DNA of 32,000 bases, taken from positions 5,010,001 to 5,042,000 of the forward strand of contig CP126532.1 of assembly GCA_030167145.1 (NCBI GenBank), read 5' to 3'. The position numbers and the translations under genes are program-made. The DNA is from Ktedonobacterales bacterium (GTDB lineage: Bacteria > Chloroflexota > Ktedonobacteria > Ktedonobacterales > JADMIN01). The notes beneath the pieces are model-generated. The model ran no database searches, was not told the origin of the DNA, and saw only the letters and a list, made by a program, of their open reading frames with translations. Below, piece by piece: positions 9,064 through 18,314 of the stretch. Position 1 is the stretch's first letter; the number at the start of each line of letters is the position of its first letter.

Positions 9064-12000
9064 TCACGACAATAACGGTGCTTGACCCCGAATGTACCAG
9101 TCCAGGTCGGGACGCACCTTAGGCAAACCGTTGTCGAGTTTGTACAGGTCAAGTGAGCACCACGGCTTGCAATTTGCCGTGAACGGTGGCGGACTTGGAT
9201 TACACGGTACACCAGTTGCTGGGTCACCCTGGTAGGGTGCGAGGCCGGTATTGCAATTGAAGTAGCCCTGCACCATGTCAGAGGGAACTGGGAACTGTGC
9301 CACATCGGGCCAGTGGTAGTTCTTGTACATCCACATCATGGCATCGTGGAAGATATAGCCTGCGCCCGCCACACCGATGATATCCGAGGCCATATCTTCG
9401 GCATCGGCGTTGCCGATCCAGACACCAAGTGTGACGAACGGCGAGTAGCCGACCGTCAAGATGTCTCTTGGCCCTGTTGGACCCGATGAAGTACCAGTTT
9501 TGGCAGCCAACTCGATGCCTGACGGTTCGCCACGTGATGCCTCGAAGTGGATTGGATTCTTTGTGTAGCCGAAGTCCTGGGCGCGCGCCTTGTTGTCGGT
9601 CAGGATGCTGGTCATCATATAGGCCGACTCTGGACTCATCACCTGCGCGCCCTTCGGCTGTGGTGAAGCTTGGTAGACCACATTGCCAGATGAGTCTTCT
9701 ACACGCAAGATTGCCCGTGGCGGCTGGCGCACTCCGCCGTCCGCGAAGACGGAATATGCGCCGGTGAGCTGCAAGAGCGGGATTTCCTCAGTGCCAAGCG
9801 CTGTCGTAGGGCCGAGACGGTTACGGTCAATGTCGTTTACGCCCAATCGCTGGAGCCAGTCGGTGATCATCTCGCCTGTGTCTGGCCCGTCGCCGACGAA
9901 GGCCATCGCCTCGGTGGCGGCGATATTGAGTGAGTTGCCAAGCATGTAGCGGATCGGAAAGTTCCCGTTGTAAAAGTCCTGCTCGTAGTTTTCTGGCACA
10001 TAATGTTTACCGCAGGATTTGGCTGGTGTTTCCTCTGAATGCCCACCCTCCTGTGGAAAGCAGATCGGCACATCGTGCAGCATCGTACCCGGCGTCCAAC
10101 CCATCTGGAAGGCAGCGGAATAGATCAGCGGCTTGAACGCCGACCCCATCGAGCGCGGACTTGTCGTCACGTTTACCGCGCCGGCCACTTCTTTACTATG
10201 GTCACTGTAGTTGACCGAGCCAACCATTGCCAGGATGTCGCCGGTATGCTGGTCAATGGCGACCGCCGCGCCATCGTTGGCGTTGCTGGCTGTCGAGAGC
10301 GGACAATCCAAACCACCACATGCCGCCTGATAATCTGGATACCAGGGGTTCTTGTGGTTCTGGTCAATGTAGTACTTGAGTTCCTTCTGGATCTCCTGGT
10401 TCAGTTTCAGATCCAGCGTGGTGTAAATCGTCAGGCCAGCGGTATCCAGGGCGCTGACGCCGTAGTCATTGGCCAATTCGTTGGCGACGTACTCCACGAA
10501 ATGTGGTGCCAGATCGAGCGCGCTGCCCGAATCATTGGACTGCGAGTAGGTGCTGAGCGGGAAGACTAACTGGTTGATGAAGATGTTCTTCAGTTCGGCG
10601 ACCGACTGGGTGTAGTCGTTCTGCGTGAAGGTGATGCCCTGACCCTGGTATTGCTCCAGATTTTGAAGCACCAACTCAGAGCGACAGAGCGCCAGCCACT
10701 CGTGACCCTTGTTCAGATACCAGTCCGGCCCGAAATCCGAGACATAGTAATTCGGATCGCACTCATGTCCCGGCTCATAGGGATCATCCCATTGATCCAT
10801 CGTGCAGGGCGCTTTGGAGCAGGAGAACTGGTCGGGGTGATAGATAGTGGGGTTGTTGATGACGGCCGCCATCATCGCCGCCTGCGCCCAGTCAAGTTGT
10901 TGGTTTGCCAGCAGATACTGGCCATTGATGTTCTGCGGTGAGAGGTGGAAGTAGTAGCGCGCCGCCGCCTCAATGCCCTTGTAGAGGCCGTTGTAGTAAA
11001 CGGTGTTGAGGTACATCTCCAGGATCTGTGCCTTGGTGTACTGCTGGGTGATGCCATACGCCAGGATCGCCTCATTGAGCTTACGGGTCAGCGCTTTGGT
11101 GCTGTCCTTGAGCACGATGTTCTTCACCAACTGCTGGGTGAGTGTCGAGGCGCCCTGCGCCGCACCGCCTTTACGAGCGTCCACCGTCGCGGCGCGCAAG
11201 GTGGCTATGAAGTCAATGCCTACATCCGTATAGAAGCTGCGGTTTTCCGTATCAATTGTGGCCCACTGGACCTTGGGGCTGATCTGCGAGAGCGGCACAT
11301 AGAAGCTGAAGTCACTGTCACCTTTGAGCACGGCGATGGGCGTGCCATAGCGGTCGTAGATCGTGCTATTGGCCTGATTCTTCAGGTTGGCCAGTGTCTG
11401 GATGTCGCCCAGGTGCAACTGATAGTAGCTGACGGCATAGTATGCGCCGAAGCCGCCGCCACCCGCCACCGCTACCGCCAGCACTGCCAGGAACATGAGG
11501 CTGGCAATGTAGACCAGCGGATTTGGCGGCACACGCCCTTCGCGCCATTTGCGCGCGATACCGCGAATGCGCGAGCGGCGGTAGGCCCGCGCTTTGATCG
11601 TCGCGGCAAGGTCTGGTGGCAAACTCGGCATCTCGTATGACTGCTGGCGGTTCGGTCTACGTTCGCCGGAATCTTGTCTGGCGCTCCGGTCTGGCCGGGG
11701 TATATGCGCCCGCGACATCACTGCGCTGAGTTGGCGCGACATATTGCGCGAGACATCGCGCGCCAGTTCGCGCACCGAGCGGCGTGGCCCACGCTCGCCA
11801 CCGCGCGACGATTCCGCTGGACGCGCGCTCGCGCGGCTGCGCGGGCGTTCCACACTGGAATAATCTTCGTCGAACTCGTCCTGCTGGCCGCGTCCGCGTC
11901 CGTTGCCGCTGGGCGGCGTGTCGGTGCGGGAACGCGGGCTTGCGTCTTCGCCGCGCCCACTGCGCGAAGGCGAGTCGCCAGATCGGGAGCGAGTGCCGCC

Positions 12001-12279
12001 GGGGTTGGAGCTGCGGCGGTCACTGTTCTCATCGCGCGATCCACCGAACGCGGTCGGTGGGCGAATCAATCCGTTGCCTTTACCGTTGCCATTGGCGCTG
12101 GAGGTATGGCGGTCGCCAGGATCAGAGGCGCGGGAGCGGGGCGGTGACATCCTGCCATCACGCGGCTCGCGGTCATTGCGTGGTGCGCGTGATGGTGTGT
12201 CGCGGTCGTAGCCCGCGCGGCGCTCAGGCCGCCCATCACGTGCTCGGTCCCGGTATCCGTCAGGCATATCCCGCCCCAT
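9064..12279 (-). CDS. Class A penicillin-binding protein (GT51 transglycosylase + transpeptidase), paralog B
   Basis: 1071 aa, colinear with paralog A and carrying the same GT51 and SxxK/SxN/KTGT motifs. One TM helix at ~255-278 after a 254-aa Arg/Ser/Asp/Gly-rich tail. SD GGGAGGA upstream of ATG 12279. Confidence 0.93.
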   Translation of the reverse strand: MGRDMPDGYRDRARDGRPERRAGYDRDTPSRAPRNDREPRDGRMSPPRSRASDPGDRHTSSANGNGKGNGLIRPPTAFGGSRDENSDRRSSNPGGTRSRSGDSPSRSGRGEDASPRSRTDTPPSGNGRGRGQQDEFDEDYSSVERPRSRASARPAESSRGGERGPRRSVRELARDVSRNMSRQLSAVMSRAHIPRPDRSARQDSGERRPNRQQSYEMPSLPPDLAATIKARAYRRSRIRGIARKWREGRVPPNPLVYIASLMFLAVLAVAVAGGGGFGAYYAVSYYQLHLGDIQTLANLKNQANSTIYDRYGTPIAVLKGDSDFSFYVPLSQISPKVQWATIDTENRSFYTDVGIDFIATLRAATVDARKGGAAQGASTLTQQLVKNIVLKDSTKALTRKLNEAILAYGITQQYTKAQILEMYLNTVYYNGLYKGIEAAARYYFHLSPQNINGQYLLANQQLDWAQAAMMAAVINNPTIYHPDQFSCSKAPCTMDQWDDPYEPGHECDPNYYVSDFGPDWYLNKGHEWLALCRSELVLQNLEQYQGQGITFTQNDYTQSVAELKNIFINQLVFPLSTYSQSNDSGSALDLAPHFVEYVANELANDYGVSALDTAGLTIYTTLDLKLNQEIQKELKYYIDQNHKNPWYPDYQAACGGLDCPLSTASNANDGAAVAIDQHTGDILAMVGSVNYSDHSKEVAGAVNVTTSPRSMGSAFKPLIYSAAFQMGWTPGTMLHDVPICFPQEGGHSEETPAKSCGKHYVPENYEQDFYNGNFPIRYMLGNSLNIAATEAMAFVGDGPDTGEMITDWLQRLGVNDIDRNRLGPTTALGTEEIPLLQLTGAYSVFADGGVRQPPRAILRVEDSSGNVVYQASPQPKGAQVMSPESAYMMTSILTDNKARAQDFGYTKNPIHFEASRGEPSGIELAAKTGTSSGPTGPRDILTVGYSPFVTLGVWIGNADAEDMASDIIGVAGAGYIFHDAMMWMYKNYHWPDVAQFPVPSDMVQGYFNCNTGLAPYQGDPATGVPCNPSPPPFTANCKPWCSLDLYKLDNGLPKVRPDLDWYIRGQAPLLS

Positions 12280-12558
12280 CGTTCATCCTCCCGAATATGG
12301 CGTACACAAACTGCACCCATGAGCCAGCATCATTGGGTAAACAGTGACGATCCAGCGCGTGAGATCTGAGGTTGCAGGTCGTAAGTTATGGTATGCGCCG
12401 CTGAGCCGAAGCGCAAACGGATGGGAAAATTAGGCGATGGAAGGTTACGTCCAGCGATTACCCAAGAGATAGAGTATCTTCTCATCATTCGGTATAGTTC
12501 AGTATGTTGCGCCAATCTTGCAATGTGCCTTGATGTGTTGGATGGAGTGAAGAACGCG

Positions 12559-13326
12559 ATGATTTCTCTTTCGTTGCGACGCGATCTGCTAGTTGATGTT
12601 GTAGTGCCGGGAGCGAATAGCACAGCCCGCGCGCTTGGGCGACGCGAGGCGCTCGTGCGCGATACAGGGCTTTTGACGCTGGGCGTCGCGCTGATTGCGG
12701 TGTGCATGTGGCTGGATGCAAGTGGATCGGCAGCGCGCGTGCCGCTTGGAGCGGCGCTCTCGTTGCTGGTGGGTGCGGCAATAGTGGTATTGAGCGCACG
12801 GCCCGAAAGTGGGTCGTTGGCGCGCACGAGTGCGCTGGTGCTGGGTAGCGTGGCGCTGCTTGCGATAGGGGCGCATCTTGAGATTCCCCTCAAGCCCGTG
12901 CCTATTACTGGCCAGACCTTTGGTGTGCTGTTGCTCGCCGCAGCGCTCGGGTGGCGGCGAGGTTTCGCAGCAGTGGCGCTCTATGTGGCGCTAGGAACGG
13001 CGGGTTTGCCAGTATTTGCGATTACCAGCACCGTCGTTACGTATGGCTATCTGATTGGTTTCGCGGCTGCGGCGCTGGTTGTCGGCTGGCTGTCGGAGCG
13101 CGGCTGGGATCGCTCGCTGCTAACCTCGATTCCCGCGATGCTGGCGGGCGAAGTGGCAATCTACGCCTGCGGTCTCCCCTGGCTGGCACACTTTATCGGC
13201 TGGCAGGGTGCGGTGACATTCGGATTGACGCCATTTTTGGTGGGGGATAGCCTGAAACTGCTCGCGGCAGCACTGGCGCTGCCTCTCGCCTGGCGGCTGA
13301 CCGGCAAATTTGCTCGGAAAGGATAG
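12559..13326 (+). CDS. bioY: BioY family biotin transporter (S component) with N-terminal extension
   Basis: The C-terminal ~190 aa match the BioY pattern (IPLKPVPITGQTFGVLLLAAALGWRRG ... LTPFLVGDSLKLL). The start is uncertain. ATG 12559 has GGAG ~11 nt upstream and a TATAGT -10-like hexamer at 12493-12498. The ORF-track start 12388 is unlikely. Confidence 0.75.
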   Translation: MISLSLRRDLLVDVVVPGANSTARALGRREALVRDTGLLTLGVALIAVCMWLDASGSAARVPLGAALSLLVGAAIVVLSARPESGSLARTSALVLGSVALLAIGAHLEIPLKPVPITGQTFGVLLLAAALGWRRGFAAVALYVALGTAGLPVFAITSTVVTYGYLIGFAAAALVVGWLSERGWDRSLLTSIPAMLAGEVAIYACGLPWLAHFIGWQGAVTFGLTPFLVGDSLKLLAAALALPLAWRLTGKFARKG

Positions 13327-13332
13327 ACGTGT

Positions 13333-13848
13333 ATGACCGCTCAAGACGCCGGCCACGCTGAGAACAACGAGGAAAGAGAGTCTGGCCTCGAAGATCGTCC
13401 AGAACGGGCGTTCTTTGAATACTGGAACCAGATGGACATGCTGAGCTGGATGGGTGCGCGGATCACCGGCAGCGCCGACGGTCACGCGACCGTGTATTTT
13501 GAGCCGGACCAGCATCATCGGGGCGCAGGTGTTGGTGGGCGTGCCGTCACTGGCGCGGTGCAATCATATATCTTCGACATCGTGACGGGTGCGGCGGTTG
13601 CGTCGCTGGCCCATGGCATGAAGCCGCAGGTAACGGTAAAGCTGGATGTGACCTTCGAGCATCCCGCCTATGACGCGCCGTTGACCTTTGAGGCGCAAGT
13701 ATTGAGTGGCGGCAAGCAGATCATCTTCGTCGAAGGCGTCTGTCGCGACGCCAACGATGTGGTTTGTTCGCGGGCACACGCCATCTATCGCCGCTTCGAC
13801 CGCCGACTCGTTCCACCGCCTGAGCTTGGCATCTCCAATCCCGCCTAG
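13333..13848 (+). CDS. PaaI-family hotdog-fold thioesterase
   Basis: 171 aa. Pattern ...GHATVYFEPDQHHRGAGVGGRAVTGAVQSYIFDIVTGAA... followed by a long central-helix/beta-sheet region typical of PaaI/4HBT-type thioesterases. SD GGAAAGGA upstream. Begins 6 nt after bioY. Confidence 0.65.
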   Translation: MTAQDAGHAENNEERESGLEDRPERAFFEYWNQMDMLSWMGARITGSADGHATVYFEPDQHHRGAGVGGRAVTGAVQSYIFDIVTGAAVASLAHGMKPQVTVKLDVTFEHPAYDAPLTFEAQVLSGGKQIIFVEGVCRDANDVVCSRAHAIYRRFDRRLVPPPELGISNPA

Positions 13849-14849
13849 CGCGGCCAGGAGTAGCCAGCGGCGGCGTAGATAGCTTCCACCGCCTCCGCTT
13901 GTTCCAGCGCGTCAAGTGGAGAGAGAAAGGGAGCGGCGCCAGTGCGGATGCACTCGCCGAAGTGTTCCACCTCCAATTGGTAGTGGTCTACCGCAGCGAA
14001 GCGCCGCTCCTGCATCTCATCATCGCGCTCGATGCGCGCGACAGTTTCCGCGCCCTGTGGCGTGAACGGACGAGGCAGCACGATGCGGCCACCCTCGCCG
14101 ACGATTTCGGCAAACTGCTGCCACGGCTGCTCGAAGCTCGAATCTATCAGGCCCAGCCTGCCATTTCCGAAGTCAAGGATGGCGGCCATTGTTCGCTCGA
14201 CCTCACTGTCCTCTGGCACGATAGCTCGCGCCGCTACGCTGCTGGGCGCGCCCCCGAAGACGGCGCGACACAAGTTTAAGGGATAACAGCCGATATCCAT
14301 GAGTGAACCACCCGCCAGGGAGGCTTGCAGGCGAATATTTTCGGGCCGGGGACGAATGTCGAAGGCAAACCCTGACCGCACGAGCCGCACGTCGCCAATA
14401 GCGCCAGTTGCCAGATGATCGAGCGTCCAGCGAATCTGCGGGTGGAACCGATACATAAACGCTTCCATGAGCAGCACGCCGGCTTGTTTGCAGGCGGCGC
14501 TCATGCGGCGCACCTCCTCGGATGTTACGCCTAGAGGCTTCTCGCACAGCACGTGCTTGCCTTGCTCAGCGGCGCGCAGCGTCCACTCCATATGCATGCT
14601 GTTGGGCAGCGGAATGTAGACTGCCTCTACTTCGGGATCGGCAAGCAGTTCCGCATAGGTACCATAGGCACGCATGCCTGGCTCGGCAGCGGTAATTTGT
14701 TCGGCGCGTGCGCGGTCGCGGCTGGCGATGGCAATGAGCTGGCCATTCGAGGAGGCGCGAATTGCTGGCGCCATGGCCTTGAGGCCGATGTTTGCCGTGC
14801 TGAGTATGCCCCAGCGCACACGGTTTGCGGATGTGGATGCGCCTGACAT
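13845..14849 (-). CDS. Gfo/Idh/MocA family oxidoreductase
   Basis: N-terminal Rossmann pattern VRWGILSTANIGLKAMAPAI...IAIASRD and the EKP motif (LCEKPLG). Start set at ATG 14849 (MSGAST...) with GAGAGGAA upstream. The ORF-track start is 14885. Confidence 0.85.
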   Translation of the reverse strand: MSGASTSANRVRWGILSTANIGLKAMAPAIRASSNGQLIAIASRDRARAEQITAAEPGMRAYGTYAELLADPEVEAVYIPLPNSMHMEWTLRAAEQGKHVLCEKPLGVTSEEVRRMSAACKQAGVLLMEAFMYRFHPQIRWTLDHLATGAIGDVRLVRSGFAFDIRPRPENIRLQASLAGGSLMDIGCYPLNLCRAVFGGAPSSVAARAIVPEDSEVERTMAAILDFGNGRLGLIDSSFEQPWQQFAEIVGEGGRIVLPRPFTPQGAETVARIERDDEMQERRFAAVDHYQLEVEHFGECIRTGAAPFLSPLDALEQAEAVEAIYAAAGYSWPR

Positions 14850-14989
14850 GGTTCGTTTCTTCCTCTCTACAAGAGTCAGAGGCATTCAGGTAACACTCCA
14901 CACTATATCAGCCACGAGACGTTGTGCTACACTCCGAGAAGGCGCGTACATCCGGGACGCGCGGCAACACGAAGGCAGGCAGGTGAAGC

Positions 14990-15793
14990 GTGGGTACATC
15001 CAGCGATTTCTACACGTCAATCGCAGAGTGGTATGATATCGAGCATGATGCGCTGACCGAAGATGCCGAGTGTTTTCTGTCACTGCTTGCACTACCTGCC
15101 AGTGGTCGCGCAAGGATTCTCGACATTGGCAGCGGAACAGGTCGTATCGCTGTGGCGCTGGCGCTAGGAGGGCATGAGGTCACGTGCATTGAGCCGTCTG
15201 AGGCGATGCGCACGCGCTGTGCCGCCCGCCTTGCCCGGCTGCCAGAGCGTGTGGCGCGACGGGTGACTGTGCTCCCTGGCAGAGCCACTGCTTTGGGACT
15301 TGACACTGCGCAGCGTTTTGATACGGCAGTGCTGGGCCTACATCTGCTTGGACACTTGACGACCGCAAACGAGCGCCATTCTGCGCTTACGGGTATTGGG
15401 CGCCAACTGGTGTCGGGTGGTCAGATGCTCGTGGATGTGGATTTGCTCGGCCCAAGGCGTCTCTACGAAACGGCCCGGCAGATGTGGTGGCAAGGAACAT
15501 GGCAGCTATCTGAGAGAGGCGAAGAGATCAGTCACTTTGTGACAGGCGTAGCTGGGCCTACATCTGGCATGCTGGAAGTCATTCACTTTTATGACCATAC
15601 CACGCAGAGTGGCGTGGTGCGACGAACGGCCGCGCGGATGAGTCTGGCAATGCTCTCACGTGGTGAGGTAGAAGTAGCGCTATTGCGCGCGGGGTATGGC
15701 ATCGAGGCGATCTATGGGGGCTATGACCTCACACCTTACGACGACGGCGCGCCACGCGCAATCTTCGATGCGCGCCTGATGGCAGATAGGTAA
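14990..15793 (+). CDS. Class I SAM-dependent methyltransferase
   Basis: Motif I ILDIGSGTGRIAVALA, then an acidic residue after beta-2 (VTCIEPSEAM). GTG start at 14990. Confidence 0.8.
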   Translation: MGTSSDFYTSIAEWYDIEHDALTEDAECFLSLLALPASGRARILDIGSGTGRIAVALALGGHEVTCIEPSEAMRTRCAARLARLPERVARRVTVLPGRATALGLDTAQRFDTAVLGLHLLGHLTTANERHSALTGIGRQLVSGGQMLVDVDLLGPRRLYETARQMWWQGTWQLSERGEEISHFVTGVAGPTSGMLEVIHFYDHTTQSGVVRRTAARMSLAMLSRGEVEVALLRAGYGIEAIYGGYDLTPYDDGAPRAIFDARLMADR

Positions 15794-15796
15794 TGC

Positions 15797-17461
15797 TCAT
15801 CCGGCGCTGTCAGGGCTGGTGAGGGGTAGCGAAACAAAGAAGGTGGTGGCGTCGTCGGGCTTGCTCTCCACCCAGATACGGCCTCCGTGTTGCTCGACGA
15901 TGAGTTTTGCGATAGCCAGTCCCAGACCATAACCTTCGCCGCGCGACCTGGCACTGCTATCAGCTTGGTAAAAGCGGTCGAAGATGCGCTCACGTTCTTC
16001 GGATGAGATGCCCTTTCCGCGATCAGTGACCGCGAAGCGAATATCGTTTCCTTCGATACTGGCTGAGAGGCGGACAGAAGTGCCCGCAAGCGAGAACTTG
16101 ATGGCATTGCCGAGCAGGTTGTTCAGTACCTGCAGAAGACGAAGCTCGTCACCGCGAATCTGAATCGGGTCGGTCGGAATATCCGCGAGCAAGGGGATAC
16201 CCACTTTCTCAGCAGCCTGTAACGCGCTATGGACTGCTTGTTCCATGAGCAGAGCGACATCTACTGAAGAACGCCGTAGCTTGAACTGTCCGGCGTCGGC
16301 TTTGCTAATAAAGAGGATGTCTTCGACCAGCGTCATCAACTGCTGCGTGCTTACGAACGCATAATTTAGAAACTCTTGCTGCCGATCATTCAGTGCGCCG
16401 ACCTGTCCTTCGAGAACAATTTCAAGGAAACCGTTGATTGAGTTGAGCGGGGTACGTAATTCGTGTGACACCATGGAGATAAAGTTAGCACGCCCCCGAC
16501 TGGCCGAATTGCGTGTGGTAACATCCCGTGCTACGAAGATAGCGACTCGTTCCGGACCCATGTGTGGCGCACTCACACTGGCAGATATATCAATCCGCTT
16601 GCCGCTGGCCGTCTCCCACTCTAGATCCCAGATGCGCGTATCGCTTGACGCGAGCGCGTGTCGCAGCGGGCAGCGCGTTGTATTGCAGAGTGGCATCGAG
16701 TGTTCATCGCGGCATCGGATTACTTCCGAACAGTGCTTCCCGGCCGCGTCATGCTGTGCCGAGCCGATTGTATGGTCGAAGGCGGGGTTGGTCTCGCGGA
16801 TGATGAAATCTTCTCCGATGGTAAGGATTGGTTCGGAACTGATAGAGAAAATGGTGTTGCGACGCTGGCGTAGATACGTGGATTGGGCAGAGTGTTGTGA
16901 AGCGCGTGCGAACTGCGTAACGAGCGCCAATGAGGGAGTCAGCGCTTCCAGGAGAGCCTGCCGCGACTGTTGCGTTGGAGTATCTTCGTGCGCTGGTGTC
17001 TGCCAACTCGCAACGCACACATAGGTGGGGATAGGTCCACCCAAAGGGATTGCCATAACGACCTGGCAGACTGTCGCATTATGCTCGGCATGTGCTGAGG
17101 TTGGGGTATAGGATCGTGTCACGAGACCGCCATGCCGAAGTGCGCGATGAGCGCAGGCGGCCATACGACGTGATTGCCCGTTCGGAATGGCGCCAATGCG
17201 CGCGGCGGAAGCCAACTCTTGTAGAGTTGTATGGGGTGAGTTTGAAGACGAAATCTCGAAGAGCAAAGTGAAGTCAAGATCAAGCCGAGAGAGGAGCAGT
17301 GAGGCAAGTCGTGACGCGAGGGCGCGAGGAGTGGAGGCTTCTTGGGGTAGCTGTGCTATTTGAAGTGCTACTTCACCCGCACGCGCAAGGACATCCGCAG
17401 ATTCGTAGAGGTCCAGGGCAATGGTCTGGGTGCGCTGTGCGTCACTAGTCATAGCGCTCAC
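15797..17461 (-). CDS. Soluble sensor histidine kinase (N-terminal sensory region + PAS + HisKA + HATPase_c)
   Basis: H-box [15 protein letters not shown]-box [13 protein letters not shown]1 DRGKGI, G2 [10 protein letters not shown]. No hydrophobic TM segments. PAS-like region at ~residues 200-320. Confidence 0.9.
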   Translation of the reverse strand: MSAMTSDAQRTQTIALDLYESADVLARAGEVALQIAQLPQEASTPRALASRLASLLLSRLDLDFTLLFEISSSNSPHTTLQELASAARIGAIPNGQSRRMAACAHRALRHGGLVTRSYTPTSAHAEHNATVCQVVMAIPLGGPIPTYVCVASWQTPAHEDTPTQQSRQALLEALTPSLALVTQFARASQHSAQSTYLRQRRNTIFSISSEPILTIGEDFIIRETNPAFDHTIGSAQHDAAGKHCSEVIRCRDEHSMPLCNTTRCPLRHALASSDTRIWDLEWETASGKRIDISASVSAPHMGPERVAIFVARDVTTRNSASRGRANFISMVSHELRTPLNSINGFLEIVLEGQVGALNDRQQEFLNYAFVSTQQLMTLVEDILFISKADAGQFKLRRSSVDVALLMEQAVHSALQAAEKVGIPLLADIPTDPIQIRGDELRLLQVLNNLLGNAIKFSLAGTSVRLSASIEGNDIRFAVTDRGKGISSEERERIFDRFYQADSSARSRGEGYGLGLAIAKLIVEQHGGRIWVESKPDDATTFFVSLPLTSPDSAG

Positions 17462-18177
17462 ACTCCCGCGAACTTATAGCCAACACCTCGCGCCGATTGG
17501 ATTATTGTAGGGTTGGCGGCGTCGCGCTCGATCTTCCGGCGAAGCCTTCGAATGTAGACATCCACGATGTTGCTCTCGCCGACGTAGTTATCCCCCCACA
17601 CATGCGCCATCAATTCCTCTCGACTTAGCACTTGTCCTACATGCTGCGTCAAGTGTAACAATAGTTTCATCTCTGTCGGGGTAAGCCGGACTATGCGATG
17701 GTCTGGCAACGTGATTTGGAGCGAGGCAACGTCAATTTCAAGCCCGCTAGCCTGATGGCGCCGCCGGTCGCCGCTGATAGCACGGTGATAACGCCGGAGT
17801 ACGGCTTCCACGCGCGCCGTCAATTCGGCTGGCTGAAATGGCTTGCAAATGTAGTCGTCGGCGCCCATGTGCAAGCCTTGCAGCCGGTCTTCTAACTCGC
17901 CTTTGGCGGTTACGAAAATCACTGGGAACTCATAGTCATTGTCGCGCAAGCGTTGAAATATCTCGAATCCACTGGACTGGGGTAGATTCACATCCAGCAG
18001 TATCAGGTCGGGAGTTTGCCGTTCGATCAACGCCAACGCGCCGCGTGCGTTGTCTACCGTGTCTACCTGGTAACCTTGTTCAGTCAGCAGGAACTGGATC
18101 ATCCTGCTTCCGATGAGGTCGTCGTCAACTACCAGGATGCGCACCGGTCTGCCTCCATCGTCCAGCCAAGCTAACAT
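17458..18177 (-). CDS. OmpR/PhoB-family response regulator
   Basis: Receiver motifs ILVVDDD, LILLDVNLP, VIFVTAKG and KPF. C-terminal winged helix (LTPTEMKLLLHL, RRLRRKIE, GVGYKF). The 4-nt overlap with the kinase start suggests an operon. The true start may be GTG 18144 (VRILVVDDD), which has GGAGG 7 nt upstream. Confidence 0.9.
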   Translation of the reverse strand: MLAWLDDGGRPVRILVVDDDLIGSRMIQFLLTEQGYQVDTVDNARGALALIERQTPDLILLDVNLPQSSGFEIFQRLRDNDYEFPVIFVTAKGELEDRLQGLHMGADDYICKPFQPAELTARVEAVLRRYHRAISGDRRRHQASGLEIDVASLQITLPDHRIVRLTPTEMKLLLHLTQHVGQVLSREELMAHVWGDNYVGESNIVDVYIRRLRRKIERDAANPTIIQSARGVGYKFAGV

Positions 18178-18213
18178 CTAGTCGGAGCGTGCCCGCTTGC
18201 CAGACACTTCGTC

Positions 18214-18242
18214 ATAGTATGCACACACAAGAAGAACGTCAA
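18214..18242 (-). promoter_or_regulatory. Sigma70-like promoter for the RR-HK operon
   Basis: The minus strand reads TTGACG, a 17-nt spacer, then TACTAT. It lies 37 nt upstream of ATG 18177. Confidence 0.5.
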
Positions 18243-18314
18243 GTGAAAACCATGCCATTTGTACTGTTTCTACACTCTTCTGCCTGGGGCCTTGTCCGCG
18301 TTTCACTTCCTGGG

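Noticed and set aside
12280-12558. Looked for a BirA/biotin operator or other palindrome upstream of bioY, and for shared regulatory sequence upstream of the two PBP genes.
   Set aside because: Only short (4-6 bp) inverted repeats at non-informative spacings were found. The 116-bp PBP intergenic region and the region upstream of PBP-B share no obvious motif beyond the SD.
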